A DNA stretch of 64,000 nucleotides from the NCBI RefSeq assembly GCF_009914755.1, contig NC_060927.1. One strand, written 5' to 3'. The stretch comes from the human T2T-CHM13v2.0 reference genome, Homo sapiens. A program made the position numbers and the translations under genes. Each line of letters starts with the position of its first letter. Position 1 is the first letter of the stretch. Positions 11,641-25,468 of this stretch are shown here, piece by piece. The notes under the pieces were generated by a model. It did no database searches. It was not told the origin of the DNA and was given only the letters and a program-made list of their open reading frames with translations.

Positions 11641-13111
11641 CTCCAGGAATGCCCCAGTGGGTTACTCTCCATTCTGTAAATTCTACATTTCTAAGAATAC
11701 ACTTAAAAGCGTTTTTTAATTCTTTCATCACAGGCAAATTTATTTTTGTATTCTTCTAAATAGTTTGTAAGTTTTTATGGGAAAATTAATTTACTTTTGA
11801 AAATGTATTCTTAACCAGTAATTTCCAAATTTGATTAGTAATTTCAGAACCTAAGAGGTTGTTTGTGGCTTCCCAGATATTTTGAAAATAAATAAGATAA
11901 AATGTTATCTAAAAATAGTGTATGTGTCTCATCACCCCAAAGTTAGGCTTCTGAAGCAAGTGAATATATTAAAGACAAATTGAAATCATAATATTTAGGA
12001 GGTTAGTATATTAAATATTAGTACATTTATTATTACATTTTGGTAGTTATAGGTTTTACTCAAACATATTTTTAGTTATTAAAGAAATATATATGCCAAT
12101 TTAGAAAGTCAAGTCATGAACAATTATTTATAATAAAAACAAAACTTACCAACCCTAGACTCCCTCTCCAGAAGTATCCATTTTTAATCCTTTTGGCTGT
12201 CCCAGTTGTTATCTTAGCATTTTTAATAAGATGTTTATGCTGTTATTTCTTGATGGAATATTTTTTGATGTCTATTTCTTTTCTGCTATGATAGCAAAGA
12301 TTTAGCTATCTATTCTCCTCCATAATTTCCTCCATCCTTCCATTAAATTACATTATTATTTTTCAGTTGTGTACTGGTTACTTCTGATTTTAATTATATA
12401 GCTCCATCATTCTTTCCTGTAAATTAACTGTGAGCTGGGTCTCTTGACTCTTCACTTTATAAGATGAGGATGTGACTGCCTGTGGCCTTCTCTTCCACTG
12501 TCCCAAGTCTCCCCAAATCTACCATTTTTACTTTTGCATCATCACAGTTGATAAAAACACATTCCATTTTACATGTCTTCTGTATTTTACCTATAGATTA
12601 GTTTTAAAATGTGATAGCTAATATATAGTTTTCACATTCATCTGACTATAGAGAATTACACATAGTAAAGCCTATCAGACATTTGTATATTGAGATGCTC
12701 TCCCATTTCTTCACCTCTTTTGTATTCTGTCATCATTTAAAAAAATTTATATTAGGTATTTTTTCTTGACTTTCTTTGTCAGAGACCACTACACTCAATC
12801 ATGGGCCCTTTTTCATACTCTTAACAATCAGGACTGGCTCTTGGATCAAAGTTGAAATCCTGGGACTTCCTTCTAGGTTAAGAATCATTTTCTCTCATAT
12901 TTCAAAGGCATTATTGTATTGCTTTTTAGCATCCAGTATTTATGGTTAAGTCTTCTGTTGGTCATTTTTTCTGACCTGGTAAATTTTAATCCCTTCTGAA
13001 ACTTTTTGAATTTTCTTTTTTATATTTGGCACTACAAAATTTTACAATAAAGTGTCTAGTTGTAATTTTTCATTAATTATCCTAAGCACTCACCCACTAT
13101 TTCAATCTTAA

Positions 13112-13448
<337 letters not shown>

Positions 13449-13718
13449 TCAGTTCTGAGAAATTCTTTCTCGTTTTTTCTGTCGTGATTTTCACATCTTT
13501 TTCCACTCTGCTCTGATCATCCGAACTACTGTAGGTTAGTTATTGGACCTCCTGGAGGATATACTGAGAGAGTATACTCTCTCTTGTATATTTTCTCTCA
13601 TATTTGTAATTTTTGGCAATGTTTTACAATCTTTATCTTCAATTATTTTATAACTTATTATTTGGGCTATAATTTTTAAAACGTATTAAGCTATATTATT
13701 GGATTTTCTCTCCTGGAG

Positions 13719-13740
13719 TCTCTCTCTCTCTCTCTCTCTC

Positions 13741-13772
<32 letters not shown>
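13719..13772. repeat. Compound (TC)n(TG)n microsatellite
   Basis: Direct reading. Confidence 0.95.
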
Positions 13773-13773
<1 letters not shown>

Positions 13774-16608
13774 CTTTCTGTTATATGTATATAATACTAA
13801 TTTATCTCTGAGGATGTTATTTTCATTATTTTAATGTTCTCCTCTACTCCCTAAATTATGTCAGTTTCCTCCGGAATGACATTTTCCTGTTTACCACTAG
13901 TTTCTCTATTCCGTGGTGCAGTCTTGCCTCCAATACCTTATGATGTTTTGCTACTTAATATATTTAAAAATAAAGCAATATTAAGCACATCAGTAGTTCT
14001 CTGCACAGTGGTTTTTGATAGGTTTATTTTAGAGCAATTGGGCAGGCATGTGACTATTACAACTGTTAAAAATATCACAGTTAAAAAATATTTCTGGGGG
14101 GGTGAGGAATCAGGAAATCCTTTAGAGAAGAGACTTCTGATTTTTTTGTCCAAGTGATAGATGTCTGGGTGCTACAATGTGATACAGAAAGGCAAGAGTT
14201 TGACTTTTAATCAATATTCCTATTTTTCACTCAATTTTTCTCTTGTGTTGGTGTTAAGAAACCCCAACCTTCACCCTCAGTTGTATAACTTCAGTTTAAC
14301 TCTTCTGGGCTGTTTCTTCTTTATCCCCACATCATCATTTTTGTTGTACTATCTTTCCTTTGTTGTTCACTTCAAGGATGTGGATAATGTTTGCACACTC
14401 AAATGCCCATATGGCCCAGGCAGGTAATTAAGTAAATGAGGAAGGCTGGTCCTTAAAAAATAAAAATGGACTAAGTATGCCCTGGTGCTGGAGAGAGTGC
14501 TACTACTTGTTTCAACTATGATTTATTCTTTTACAATTAATTTGGTGAAATTTTCAGAGGCAAAAAAGATCAACACATATGGTTGACATGTCATCTTGAC
14601 TCAGGAGTTGTGCTAAGTGCTAAACTCTAAAATGAATTCATTACTTCTTAGTGGGAGGGCTTTAAGTCATTACTTTCTGTCAGACTCCTCTAAGCTACCT
14701 TAAATGAACAAAGGTTCTAGGTAAAAGTATGTATTTGCCATGCACAGGCAACCTCAAGGCATACCAAAAATGAAACATTTATTTTTTATTAAAAAAACTT
14801 CAATGTAGAAGGCCCTGAATAATCTAAAAGGCAGTAATTCTACCTTGATTTTGTAGTACCATGGCAGCATGTTTCATGTTTCTTTCTCATTTGGACCCTA
14901 GATATAAATTTAGGGCTGAATATTGAGACATAACTCAGAGAAAGTGATTTTGTATGGGTCTAGGTTAACGTGGTTCATTTATATAGCTTTCTGGTTGTAT
15001 AGCTTTATCCAAAGATAGGGCTGAGTTATAATATATAACCTGAGGATCCGATGGATGGCATATTCTTAGATGGTCACTTTTAATATCATTTCTCTTTTCA
15101 GGCCATTAGCTAATGCAACAGAGAGTTAATGATCTTATTCTCAGATGGATCCTGAGTGTCATGGTTTTCTGATGCTGATTGAAAGAAGAATTACTAAGAA
15201 TTATTTGCTTTGGATATGTGATGGTGGTAGGGTTGATAGCATATTGGATATTGAAAAAATATAAGTGTATTTTTGGACTGGAGGAAGACCTTTGAAGGGA
15301 TACTTGTAAAGTAGGCTAAAAAGAAATACTTAATGTGTTACACCCTCCTTATGATTTTGGTGAGTTTATCAGAGTTAATAACCAGATATAACTTGATGGA
15401 GGCAAGAGAGTTAGGTCTCAGTAGTTTCTGTGAGATTTCTCCAAGGCACCTCAAATAAACGTACAATCTATATTAAAACCATGTGCTTTACTCAAAAAGA
15501 TAATTTTAGGCCCTAACAAATAAACACACAGCGTGCTTTCTACTCTAACTAACTTCAAAGCAGCTTCCCAACTTTTACCCCCAACCGGATTTCTACCCTT
15601 AAGTTTCTCCGTTTTAGAATCTGTCTTAGTACCACCATACTATCAATGGAAATATGAAAACAGCATGTAACCACATTTTATACTTCTATCTGCGTTCACA
15701 AGATTTACTGAGAAATAGGGCATATGTGCTTTAAAATCCATAAAAACATATCCTAAAATATTTTATTCAGTTAAATCTGGCTTACTCAGGTATTTAGAGC
15801 AAAGAGTATGTTTTGAAGGTATTGCCTCACCCTATCAATTCAACATGATGCAGATGCCTCTATTAAGCCTGTCAGTTCCTCTACAGAACAGAGAAAATCA
15901 AATCAAAGCTCGACAAACATGAAGTGCATGGTTTGCTGCTGTGAGTCTTCACAATGATTATAGATCTCTAAACAACTGATAAAGTTGTGGCATTTGAAAT
16001 TGATTGCTGAGATGAGCAGTGGTGCACACCACAGCCTGTCTTTTCCTTGCCACACGTTGCTTAACTGGCCACTCATAGCCATGTGTCTAGACCAATATCC
16101 CAACATGTGAGAGATTATTGGAATGTTGCAAACTGAAACAATTTCAAGGTAGGTTTAAGCTGCTGACATTGGAAAGCACCTCAAATAATTAGCATGTAAG
16201 CCCAGTGATATTCTAGGCTCCCAAGAAAAAAAAAATGTCAGAAAAGGACCCCATGTCCTTTTTAAGTTATAGACTAAGTAAATTTTTAGTCTCCTTAGAA
16301 AATTATCCAGAAAGGGAAATGATATGTTTAACACATGCTTTGCTTTTGGTATGCTGATATATTTTGGCTTTCTTAACTCATTTTATACAACCCAAAGAGC
16401 CGACCTCCTGCCAGTTTCTTTGGAGAGAGAGCTTATGGATTCTAGCTTCTAAACTTAAATTCTGCAACTAAATACATCACACTTGCAGAAAGTTTTATGA
16501 AGTATTTAAAAAGATTCTCTAAGGCTAAACTATAAAAGTATACTTTATCTACTAAACTCTGATCAAACCTGCCCCAGACTAAAAGCAAAGAGAGAAAACT
16601 TAATTTTT

Positions 16609-17108
16609 GGGTGGCAGATTGTATATCCTCCAAATTGCCACAACAATGTCTCCCATCTCCCATTCCCTTCCTTGATGTTCCTGTTATCAAGATGTGGGGT
16701 GTCTGTGTTCCTTCCTCTTGAATCTGAATGAGATTGTGATAATAGCAGAAATGATATGATGTGATTTCTGAATCTCGGTATAAAAAGTGATACAGTTTCT
16801 GCTTGGTTTTCTTGGGAGAGAACACAGTCATGTTATTGGGAACATGTTATAAGGAAGCCAAAGCAACCCCGTGGAGGAGCCACTGGGAAGGATCCAATAG
16901 CCAGAACCTTCTTACTAGCCCTAAGTGAGCCATCTGGGAAGTTGATTTCCAGCCCCAGCTGAACCACTCCAACTGACTATTTTATGATGCAGCAGTCAGA
17001 TATCCCCACTGAGACCTGTACAAATTGCAGATTTGCGAGCAAAATAAGTGATTATAATTGTAGTTTCAAGGTTTGGAGTGCTTTGTTAGGCAGCAAGGGA
17101 TAACTGTA
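16609..17108 (+). mobile_element. MaLR LTR (MLT1F/G/H-like)
   Basis: TGGCAGATTGTAT...CCTCTTGAATCTG...CCAGCCCCAGCTGAACC...TTTGTTAGGCAGCAAGGGATAACTG. Confidence 0.75.
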
Positions 17109-17168
17109 TCAGGGAATCAGACAACCTTATGGGCACTCAATTTGGTAGTGTTTTCCATTCCTCTGTAA

Positions 17169-17420
17169 CAGGGCTGGGCAATGTGCAGGCTAAATAGTCT
17201 CTGCAACCTGCTTTTTCGAGCTCATAGCTAAGAATAAGTTTTACATTTCTAAAGGGCCATTGAAAAGAAAAACCCTAATCAACTAACCAACCAACCAACC
17301 AACAAACCAATCAACCAAACAAACAACAAAGAATATGTGACAGAAACTATATGTGGCTTACAAAGACGAAAATATTTTTTTAATCTGGCCCTTTACAGAA
17401 AAAGTTTGCTGACTTCTGCT
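17169..17420. mobile_element. MER58-like DNA element
   Basis: Ends TCTGGCCCTTTACAGAAAAAGTTTGCTGACTTCTG; contains an (AACC)n expansion. Confidence 0.75.
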
Positions 17421-17458
17421 TTATAATGGTGTTGTTCCACAATACCCTCTTCTTTTAG

Positions 17459-17514
17459 GCACTTAGTATAAACCGATGCAACTGGTTTTGTGCTGGAAGA
17501 CAAGCTTAGCAACG
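17459..17514 (+). other. ZPLD1: Candidate 56-nt non-coding (5' UTR) exon of a long ZPLD1 transcript
   Basis: Strong acceptor CCCTCTTCTTTTAG| and donor ACG|GTAAGA; gene assignment is inference. Confidence 0.5.
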
Positions 17515-17572
17515 GTAAGAACTCTCAGGTCTTTTTCTTAAGGCCTTATCATAACTGTCCTTCTACCACCAC

Positions 17573-18090
17573 TGTGTTAATACATTTTCTGTTGCTTGCA
17601 ACAAAATAACTGAAACCAGGTAATTTGTAAAGAAAAGGGATTCATTTCTTACTGTTCTGGAGGCTAGGAAGTCCAAGGTCAAGGGACCATAAATGATGAG
17701 AACCTTCTTGCTGGTGGGAACCCTCTATAGAGTTCCAAGGTGGTGCAGGGTATCACATGTGCTAATATGTTACCTCAGGTGGATCTCCCTTCCTTTCTTT
17801 CTTCCTTCCTTCCTTCCTTCCTTCCTCCCTCCCTCCCTTCCTTCCTCCTTCCTCCTTCCTCCTTCCCCCTTCCTTCTTTCTTCTTCTTCTGCCATCAGTT
17901 CCCCTGCCATGATAACTCATTTAATTCCTTAACCTGTAAATCCATCAATCTATGAATGGTTTAATCCATTTAAGAGGGCAGAGTCCTCATAATCTAATTA
18001 CCTGTTAAAGGTCCCACCTCTCAATATTGCCACATTGGGGATTAATTTACAACATAAATTTTGGAGGGGACAAATATTCAAACCGTAGCA
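17573..18090 (-). mobile_element. MaLR LTR (MST family) with internal (CCTT)n/pyrimidine tract at ~17785-17890
   Basis: TG...GTTCTGGAGGCTAGGAAGTCCAAGGTCAAGG...TTTTGGAGGGGACAAATATTCAAACCGTAGCA; near-TSD ACCAC/ACCAA. Confidence 0.85.
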
Positions 18091-20459
18091 ACCAAACTGA
18101 GTTTCAAAAACAGTTGCACTTTTTATTGGGTACCTTCATGCAAACATGTTGATTTCCCCATTAAGATGTAATAGACTATAGTTCAAGAAAATATATTTTG
18201 GATGTTATATAACTCAGAATCAAAAATAATAGCAGGAAATTGAAATTTGAAAACATTTTCTTGATATCTGTTTACATGCATACTATCTTCTTTCCTCTTC
18301 CTTCAAACACATGTATCTGGTACGTCTATAATTTCTTATCTAAGGCCTAAACAATATGAATTTGTCAACACAAATATTTTGTATTCATATGTAATGTATG
18401 TTGTAATTATATATTGGAACTAAAGTTTTCCAAGGTGGAAATTGAGCTAGAGGGTGTGAAGATACAACACCAAAAATTTTAGCATTTCTTTTTCCTTAGG
18501 TGACTGAATTGGTTAAATTTTAAGACACCACGTCAAAGCCAACTACCGGCCCAGAAGTATATTAAGCGCTTAACTGTGCTATTACGTGTGTTCATTGTAC
18601 CAGTGAAATCACAGGCTTTTGTCTAGAAAAGTCACTTTCTCAAGTCGTTCTTCCATTAAACAGATTTTAAAAAATCTTATCTTCAATTGCAGATTCAACA
18701 ACTCCGGATATCCAAACTTTTACCAGTGCAGTAAAAAGAATAAGAGTATTTTGGTATAATTGTGTTTGGATTTAGACAGGGAACTAACAGAGTTTGCAAT
18801 TTTGAATTCTGCTTACTTGTCAGTGAATTGGGGAATGGGGTGACATTCTGAGGGCAAGAAGGCATGGCAGAAATCTACCTAACCTGATGTATGCTGAGAT
18901 TGATTCATACTCCCACATTACATTTGCTTTGTAGATTAAAAAAAAAAAAACTCTGGATAAAACACTTAGGTTTGAAAGCTAGTTTTGAGTTGGTAAAAAT
19001 TTTATTAGAAATATCTTTGGCATTTAAGCTACTATCACTTTGCCAATTGCCAGTGAAATGTGGCAATGGAAAATCCTGAATATCAAAGAAAGAAATGACT
19101 TTCACAATTAGAATACATTTGAGTACTGACTCACTCTGTCCTTTACCTGAGATCTTCGTGATTTTTAGAGAAAACAACATAATGCAGGCTTTATAAAGCT
19201 ACATTAAATCTTTGATAGGTTGAAAATTGCTGTGGAGCTTTAATTTTTTGAAATAGGTTTTCAGTGCAAGGTAAAATTGATGTAATGACATAAAGAAGCA
19301 AAACAAGTAACAACCTTTCAAAGATATTCAACATAATTGTTACAAAGTGAAAAACCTTTTAGAACCCCCCATACATTTCAGCAAGAATTGTGTTGTTTTC
19401 CATTACAGTTTTTATAGAGCTTCTGTAACATTGGTTCATAAAATGTGTGTCTGCAGAAATTACCTACGGAAGTTAGAGGTAGAAAAGACCTGCTAGGGCA
19501 TCTATTTCATTTAGAAGCTATCAATAACTAATGTAAGACATGACAATAATGCAACATTAAGGTTATACATTTAAACATAGAAGTCAGGAAATGCAAAATT
19601 CAAGGATCTCATAATAACATCAAACACCCACAGTACACAGATAAAATATTTTTGATTGCTAATTATACTGTTAAGTGTTATGCCTTAAAATGAAGCACAT
19701 GAAATATGAACAAGCTAATGTTCCCTTAGGATACTTAAATGTCCTGGCTTTTATGTTTAAATTGGTAACTTTAAAAGTTTCATTGACATAGATTTTCTTT
19801 TTTTGTTTCCTTCCTTTATTTAAAAAAATGAAAAAAAAAGTTTCCATTGATCACTGATGTTAACAGTGTTAAGAATTACCCTCAGCCTCCATATAGCTTT
19901 CCAAAGAAGTTATTTTAAAATGGGGCTGGTAAAATTAGCCAGAATTATGGCCTACATTCCTTAGGATGCGGTCATCTGTGTCTCTGAACATCACCTGGTG
20001 CTGTGGTTTGACCCTTTCATTTAAGCATGGAACTGTCTTCCCTAAACAAATTGATTTGGTGTCACATTTGCAAATTTCTCAGTCCTACAAAGTACAATAT
20101 GGAAAGAAATTGAGAGTGGTGATGTAACCACATCTGATAAATTTTGATTTGAAGAAGGCTTTTTAAGAGGGTAGACTCTCCTTTTCAAAAGATTATTCTT
20201 AATTAGGGCAATTAAAAGGAAGGAAAAAGGTAAAGCCATTATAGGTGCAAAGCACAGCAGCAAAAATATACATGGGTTTTGAGATTAGAAACTGAGTATA
20301 AACTTAAATCAGAGATTTGAAGATGGCATCAGTGGGGTAGTAGAAGGAGGGATCAGGAAGTAGATGATAACCTTTACTGACCCTTCATTGCTTAAGGTCT
20401 AAATGCTTGACAAGGCAGACAAAATCTCCCTACCCCAATTTACCACCTGTTTATCTCCA

Positions 20460-20977
20460 GTGGTAGGCAAATAACAGACTCCAAAAACGTCCATGTCCTA
20501 ATCCCCATAACCTATGACTATGTTGCTTTACTTACCAAATATATATATATACACACACATATATAAAAATATATATACGTATATGTAAATAATTAGCAGA
20601 TGTGATTCATTTAAAAATCTTGACATAGGGAGATGATTTTGGAATATCCCAGTAGGTCCAATGTAGTCATATGGGTCTTGATAAGGAGAATCAGAGAGGA
20701 TACCTGATGAAAGACGAAGAGGTTGGAGTTATGTGAATGCTGGCTTTGATGATGGAAAGGGGCCACAAGCTAAGGAATGTAGGCAGCCTCTGGGGGCTGG
20801 AAAAGGCAAGGAATGAATTCTGTCCCAGAGCCTCCTGAAGGAATGCAGTCGTTGCTGACACCTTGATTTTAGCCCCATAAGATCAATTTGGGCTTCTGAA
20901 CTCTAGAACTGTAAGAACAAATTTGTGTTGTTTTAAGCTACGATATTTGGAGTAATTCGTAACAGAAAACCAATGCA
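20460..20977 (+). mobile_element. MaLR LTR (MLT1C/D-like)
   Basis: GTCCATGTCCTAATCCCC...GGCCACAAGCTAAGGAATGTAGGCAGCCTC...CTGACACCTTGATTTTAGCCC...AGAACTGTAAGA. Confidence 0.88.
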
Positions 20978-21899
20978 CCTGTGCACATTCATAACAGTTG
21001 CATCATATTACTTTGTCTCCAAGGTGTCATCTATTTTAAGACACAAAACTAATTTCATAAGACTTGGAGGTGGGTGCAAAACACAACCATTTCTTCTATG
21101 AACTAATAATAATTTGTATCAATTGTATATTCCTATCCTTTTAAATAGCATAATTAAACTTGGAGCTCAAGTTTCCTTTACAGTCAAAGTTTAATGATTC
21201 TTCTGACTTTCTTCAGGCTATTAGAAATTATGTATTTTGGTCTTGACATGCTGCTTTTAATAATGCATGTTCATGATTTCTTTAGAGACAGATATTGTCA
21301 TTTCAAGATGTTTTGTTTGCATTTCCTACTTGTTAATTCATGGTTCAATTTTTTCTTTAATTGAATTACATGTTGTTGGAAGTTTAATAGTTTCTCTTGA
21401 AAACCTAGGAGAAGCATTTGTCAGGCAGATGTTGGTGCCTCAGTGATAGTCCATCGCAATGCATGAATCAGCCGTGCTGTGCTTCACTACTTTTAAAAGT
21501 CTTATGATTTATTCTAAAACATTGTCTATATCTTTTGCCTCTAATTGCATTACCTGTTTGTAACAGTCTTCACATGCAAGCTGCTTCATAGGCCTCATAG
21601 AGTAATCTTTTTTGAAGACGTTTAAGTGACAATTGGGTATTCATATTTCAGTGAAAATTAAATTGCATGTGATGCTACCAACGCACCGAACTCAGACAAG
21701 TTAATGAACAAACACCTTTCACGCAGACTAGTTTTCTACACTCAGAACAAAAACTAATGGGTTACATCTTTCAGCTGAAAAGATTATTTGGTATTGATTA
21801 CATAATACATCCTGATTTTTAGCTACATAAAACTGTGAAAAAACGTGCCCATCAGCATCAAGGAGATGTGGTAATACTGTGAATAATAGCTAATACAGC

Positions 21900-22340
21900 A
21901 CAGTCCCGATGAGGACACTAAGGCTGGGAGAAGATAAGTAACTTTTCTGAGATTGCAGGGTTAGCCGGTGGCAGAGGCAGCATTCAGATGGAGTGGTGCT
22001 GGCTAAAGCCTGAGCCTTTGACCACGGCACTCTGTTACGCTCTTTCCTCTTTCCACCAGCTATACTGAACAGCTCGGTGGTCTATGAACATGCTGTTCTC
22101 TTTCTAGCCTCAATTTCCACATCTGGCAATTTCTCTAAACAGAGTGGTTAAAAATATGTACTCAAAAGTTAAATGATTAGAGCCCTGGCCCCACTACTTA
22201 CTAACCATGCCTCGGTATCCTCATTTCTAAAATGCAGATTTCTTGGTACCTATGGCATAGGTTTGCAGTGAGGATTGTATGAAATAATGCAGGTAAAGTG
22301 CTTAGTATTAATTACAGGCACACAATAAATTCTACTTAAT
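21900..22340. mobile_element. Two MIR fragments (21900-22010 minus; 22140-22340 plus)
   Basis: GATGAGGACACTAAGGCTGGGAGAAGATAAGTAAC; CCTCATTTCTAAAATG...GTGAGGATTGTATGAAATAATGCAGGTAAAGTGCTTAG. Confidence 0.65.
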
Positions 22341-23400
22341 AAAAAGGAGGAGAGGAAGAAAATAAGGACTGATGCTTATGTTAGTTGCTTTTGAATAAAT
22401 TCCACCACTCCTCACAGAAAATTTTTCATATCCTTCAATTTGATTACAGTCAGAAAAAAATTTTTGGATCATCTACTTTGTGCATACCCAGTGCCAGCTT
22501 CACTATCAAGGGAATTAAGGGATTACAAGATATGTAAGAATGCTGTGCAATGGGGAGAGCTCCCACACCAGAATCAATGGCAGACAGACTGTGAGCAATG
22601 GTCCTGTTTTTCTTGCTCTCTCTTTCCTCCTACTGCTTCAGTTAACGTAATATTTTTGGAATATCTTAATTGGGTAGACTTAGTAAAGCCCCATCTTTGC
22701 CACTGAATGTTGCTTGGAGAAGGAGGATTGATGGGAGACTCTTCAATCAACAAGTCAACCAGTACTGCCCCGCTGCTCAAAAATAATCTAGGTGCCTTTC
22801 TCAGCTATAAATTGGAAGTGAGTAGGAGAACTCTGATGAAGCATTTTAAAAATTAAAGCCTTAAATTTTGACAAGTAGTGATATTTGGTCTGTGTTATGT
22901 CAGTCTCTTGTATTCTATTTCAGAAGGTGCCTCTCTAGGACAGGGAGTCCTGTGCATTGCTACTCCTGCACGAATTTAGAAGATGACATTATCTGCCACC
23001 TGTTCAGGATACCACCTCACTCACCTTTCCCTGTTCTGAATATACACTGGATCTTAATGCAATTATCGCAGTTTATTACTAATGAAGGATCTTACGTGAC
23101 TTTGTGCTTTGTTCTCATAGTCTAGGCCGCTGCCTTCACTAATCATCAGGGCTTTCAAATTCCCACATTTACTGAGTATAATACTTCCTTGAGGTATTTG
23201 CAAAACCTTTACTTGTTCTAAAGATGTGGTGAACTAAGTAATAATTTCTCTTTAAAAGTGTTTTCTGCACAGTTGAGTTAATGGAGACAGATCACTTTAA
23301 CACTTAAGATAAATGTGTGTGTGAATGCACACCCACATAATATACACTCATATATACATATAGATTCAGCAGTAGCAAAGAGGAGGTTTGATGCCATTTA

Positions 23401-23406
23401 AATAAA
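23401..23406 (+). terminator. Candidate relic polyadenylation signal of the cadherin pseudogene
   Basis: AATAAA ~180 nt downstream of the TAA (23219-23221) ending the CBD-like frame; common motif in AT-rich DNA. Confidence 0.3.
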
Positions 23407-24158
23407 AGCTTTGATTTTAGAAAAAATTGAAAATTAATAGAGACAATTCTCAAGGAAGGGGATTTTTTTTGAACTTAGGGAAAACCACTATTTCCTATAT
23501 ACTCTTGACCTTTGGTATATTATTTATCTAGTGGGTTGCAGCTAGCTTTAATATTTGAAGAAGGTCATATGAATAGCCAAATTCACATACCATATTTGAA
23601 TAATGTAGGCAGCAGAGGTCTAGGGAATTAGCGTACTTAGATCAGGAAGTGTGAGTTCCAGCCCAGTCTCATTTCTACCCCTGATTTGTTGTTTGACCTA
23701 AGGTGAGTCATTCTCTTCTTTGTCTGTCAAGGGTGATAATGAGATCTCTTCCTTCTCTTTCTAATATAGATGTTGTGAAGAATGCAATAATCTCCTAACT
23801 GGCCTTTCCCCTTTATATACTACCTCCAGAGACATCTTCCTAAAACACTGTTTTGCACTGTAGCCCTCTGTGCAAAAATCCCTAGATCTTTTCTGTGGCA
23901 TAATATCCAGGGTTCTTCCCATTTTTAATCCCAAGCAATTACTGACCATCTTCAATGTGGCCTGTGCTGTGCATTTTTAATATTAACTCTTAATCTTCAC
24001 ACCACCATGAGCATATTTAGTAAAGATCATGCCTTTTAAATGTAAAGAAAATAAAATCTTTAAAAACACAAGTTTGAAGGCATGTCTATTGGATTCTTGG
24101 CTCATGCTCTTCCCACATGCATATTTATACTGCTGCTACTTAGCTTGTGCTTTTATGC

Positions 24159-24206
24159 GTGCGCACGCACACACACACACACACACACACACATGCACGC
24201 ACACAC
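24159..24206. repeat. (CA)n microsatellite with GC interruptions
   Basis: Direct reading. Confidence 0.9.
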
Positions 24207-24349
24207 TTTTATTTATAACTTTATATTCATGCCCCACTTGTTTTCCAAAAGGATACAAGATGGAACAATAAAATTCACATGTATAACAACGCTAGTACAT
24301 TAGTAATGAAGCAAAACAAGAACTATGAAAAGGAAGAGGAAGCAAGCAT

Positions 24350-24810
24350 TTTATCTCCAGAATCTTTCCCCACACCATTTACTCCACCACATTTGCCCTG
24401 TGATCACACTGTTTCTTGCGTGGACTGCTGCAATGGCCACCTATCTTGTATCCCCACCCTGCTGTTACACCTGTATACTTCATGTTCATACAGAGGGTAG
24501 AGTGACTATTTTAAAAGATAAACCATGTATCTGCTTAAAATACTGTGCTGGCTCCATTATTTTTAGGTTACAATGTCATTCTTTGCCACAATCTTCAGGG
24601 CTATATGTAATCTTCTCCATGCCCAGATATCAGTCTTCATCGCCTCTCATTCCTTATCCACCTCACTTCAGTCATGGGTGGCCTTCATTATGATCCTTCA
24701 GGACATCTTGTCTACAGAGTTTTGCTTTTGTTGTCACCTAAGGCTTTTATGTTCTAATCCAAGATCATCGTATGTATGATTCCTTCTCATCATGTAGATA
24801 TCGGCTCCTA
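24350..24810 (+). mobile_element. L2 fragment (further L2 pieces ~23770-23950)
   Basis: CTTGCGTGGACTGCTGCAATGGCCACCTATCTTG and TGCAATAATCTCCTAACTGGCC are L2-type motifs. Confidence 0.55.
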
Positions 24811-25074
24811 GTTTGCTAGTTCTCGGTCAGTATATGGACAGATAAATTATTCTTTTTTAAATGTCTGCATGGTAAATACATATTTTCAGAGGATGGGTTA
24901 ACTGCATTAAGGTGTATCTATTTGCCCAGTCTTTCTCAACTACAAAGAAAAAAATAAAAAATACCGAAACGATCATGTATACACATTAATATACTCGAGG
25001 GAAATTGTTTTTAGGAACCATTTTTTGAATTAGAATTACTGGATCAAAGACTATGGGATTATTATTTTTGATAG

Positions 25075-25468
<394 letters not shown>

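Noticed and set aside
20270-20370. EIRN...EGG..E.DD as the p120-binding juxtamembrane exon
   Set aside because: Requires several frameshifts, spacing is wrong and there are no convincing splice sites.
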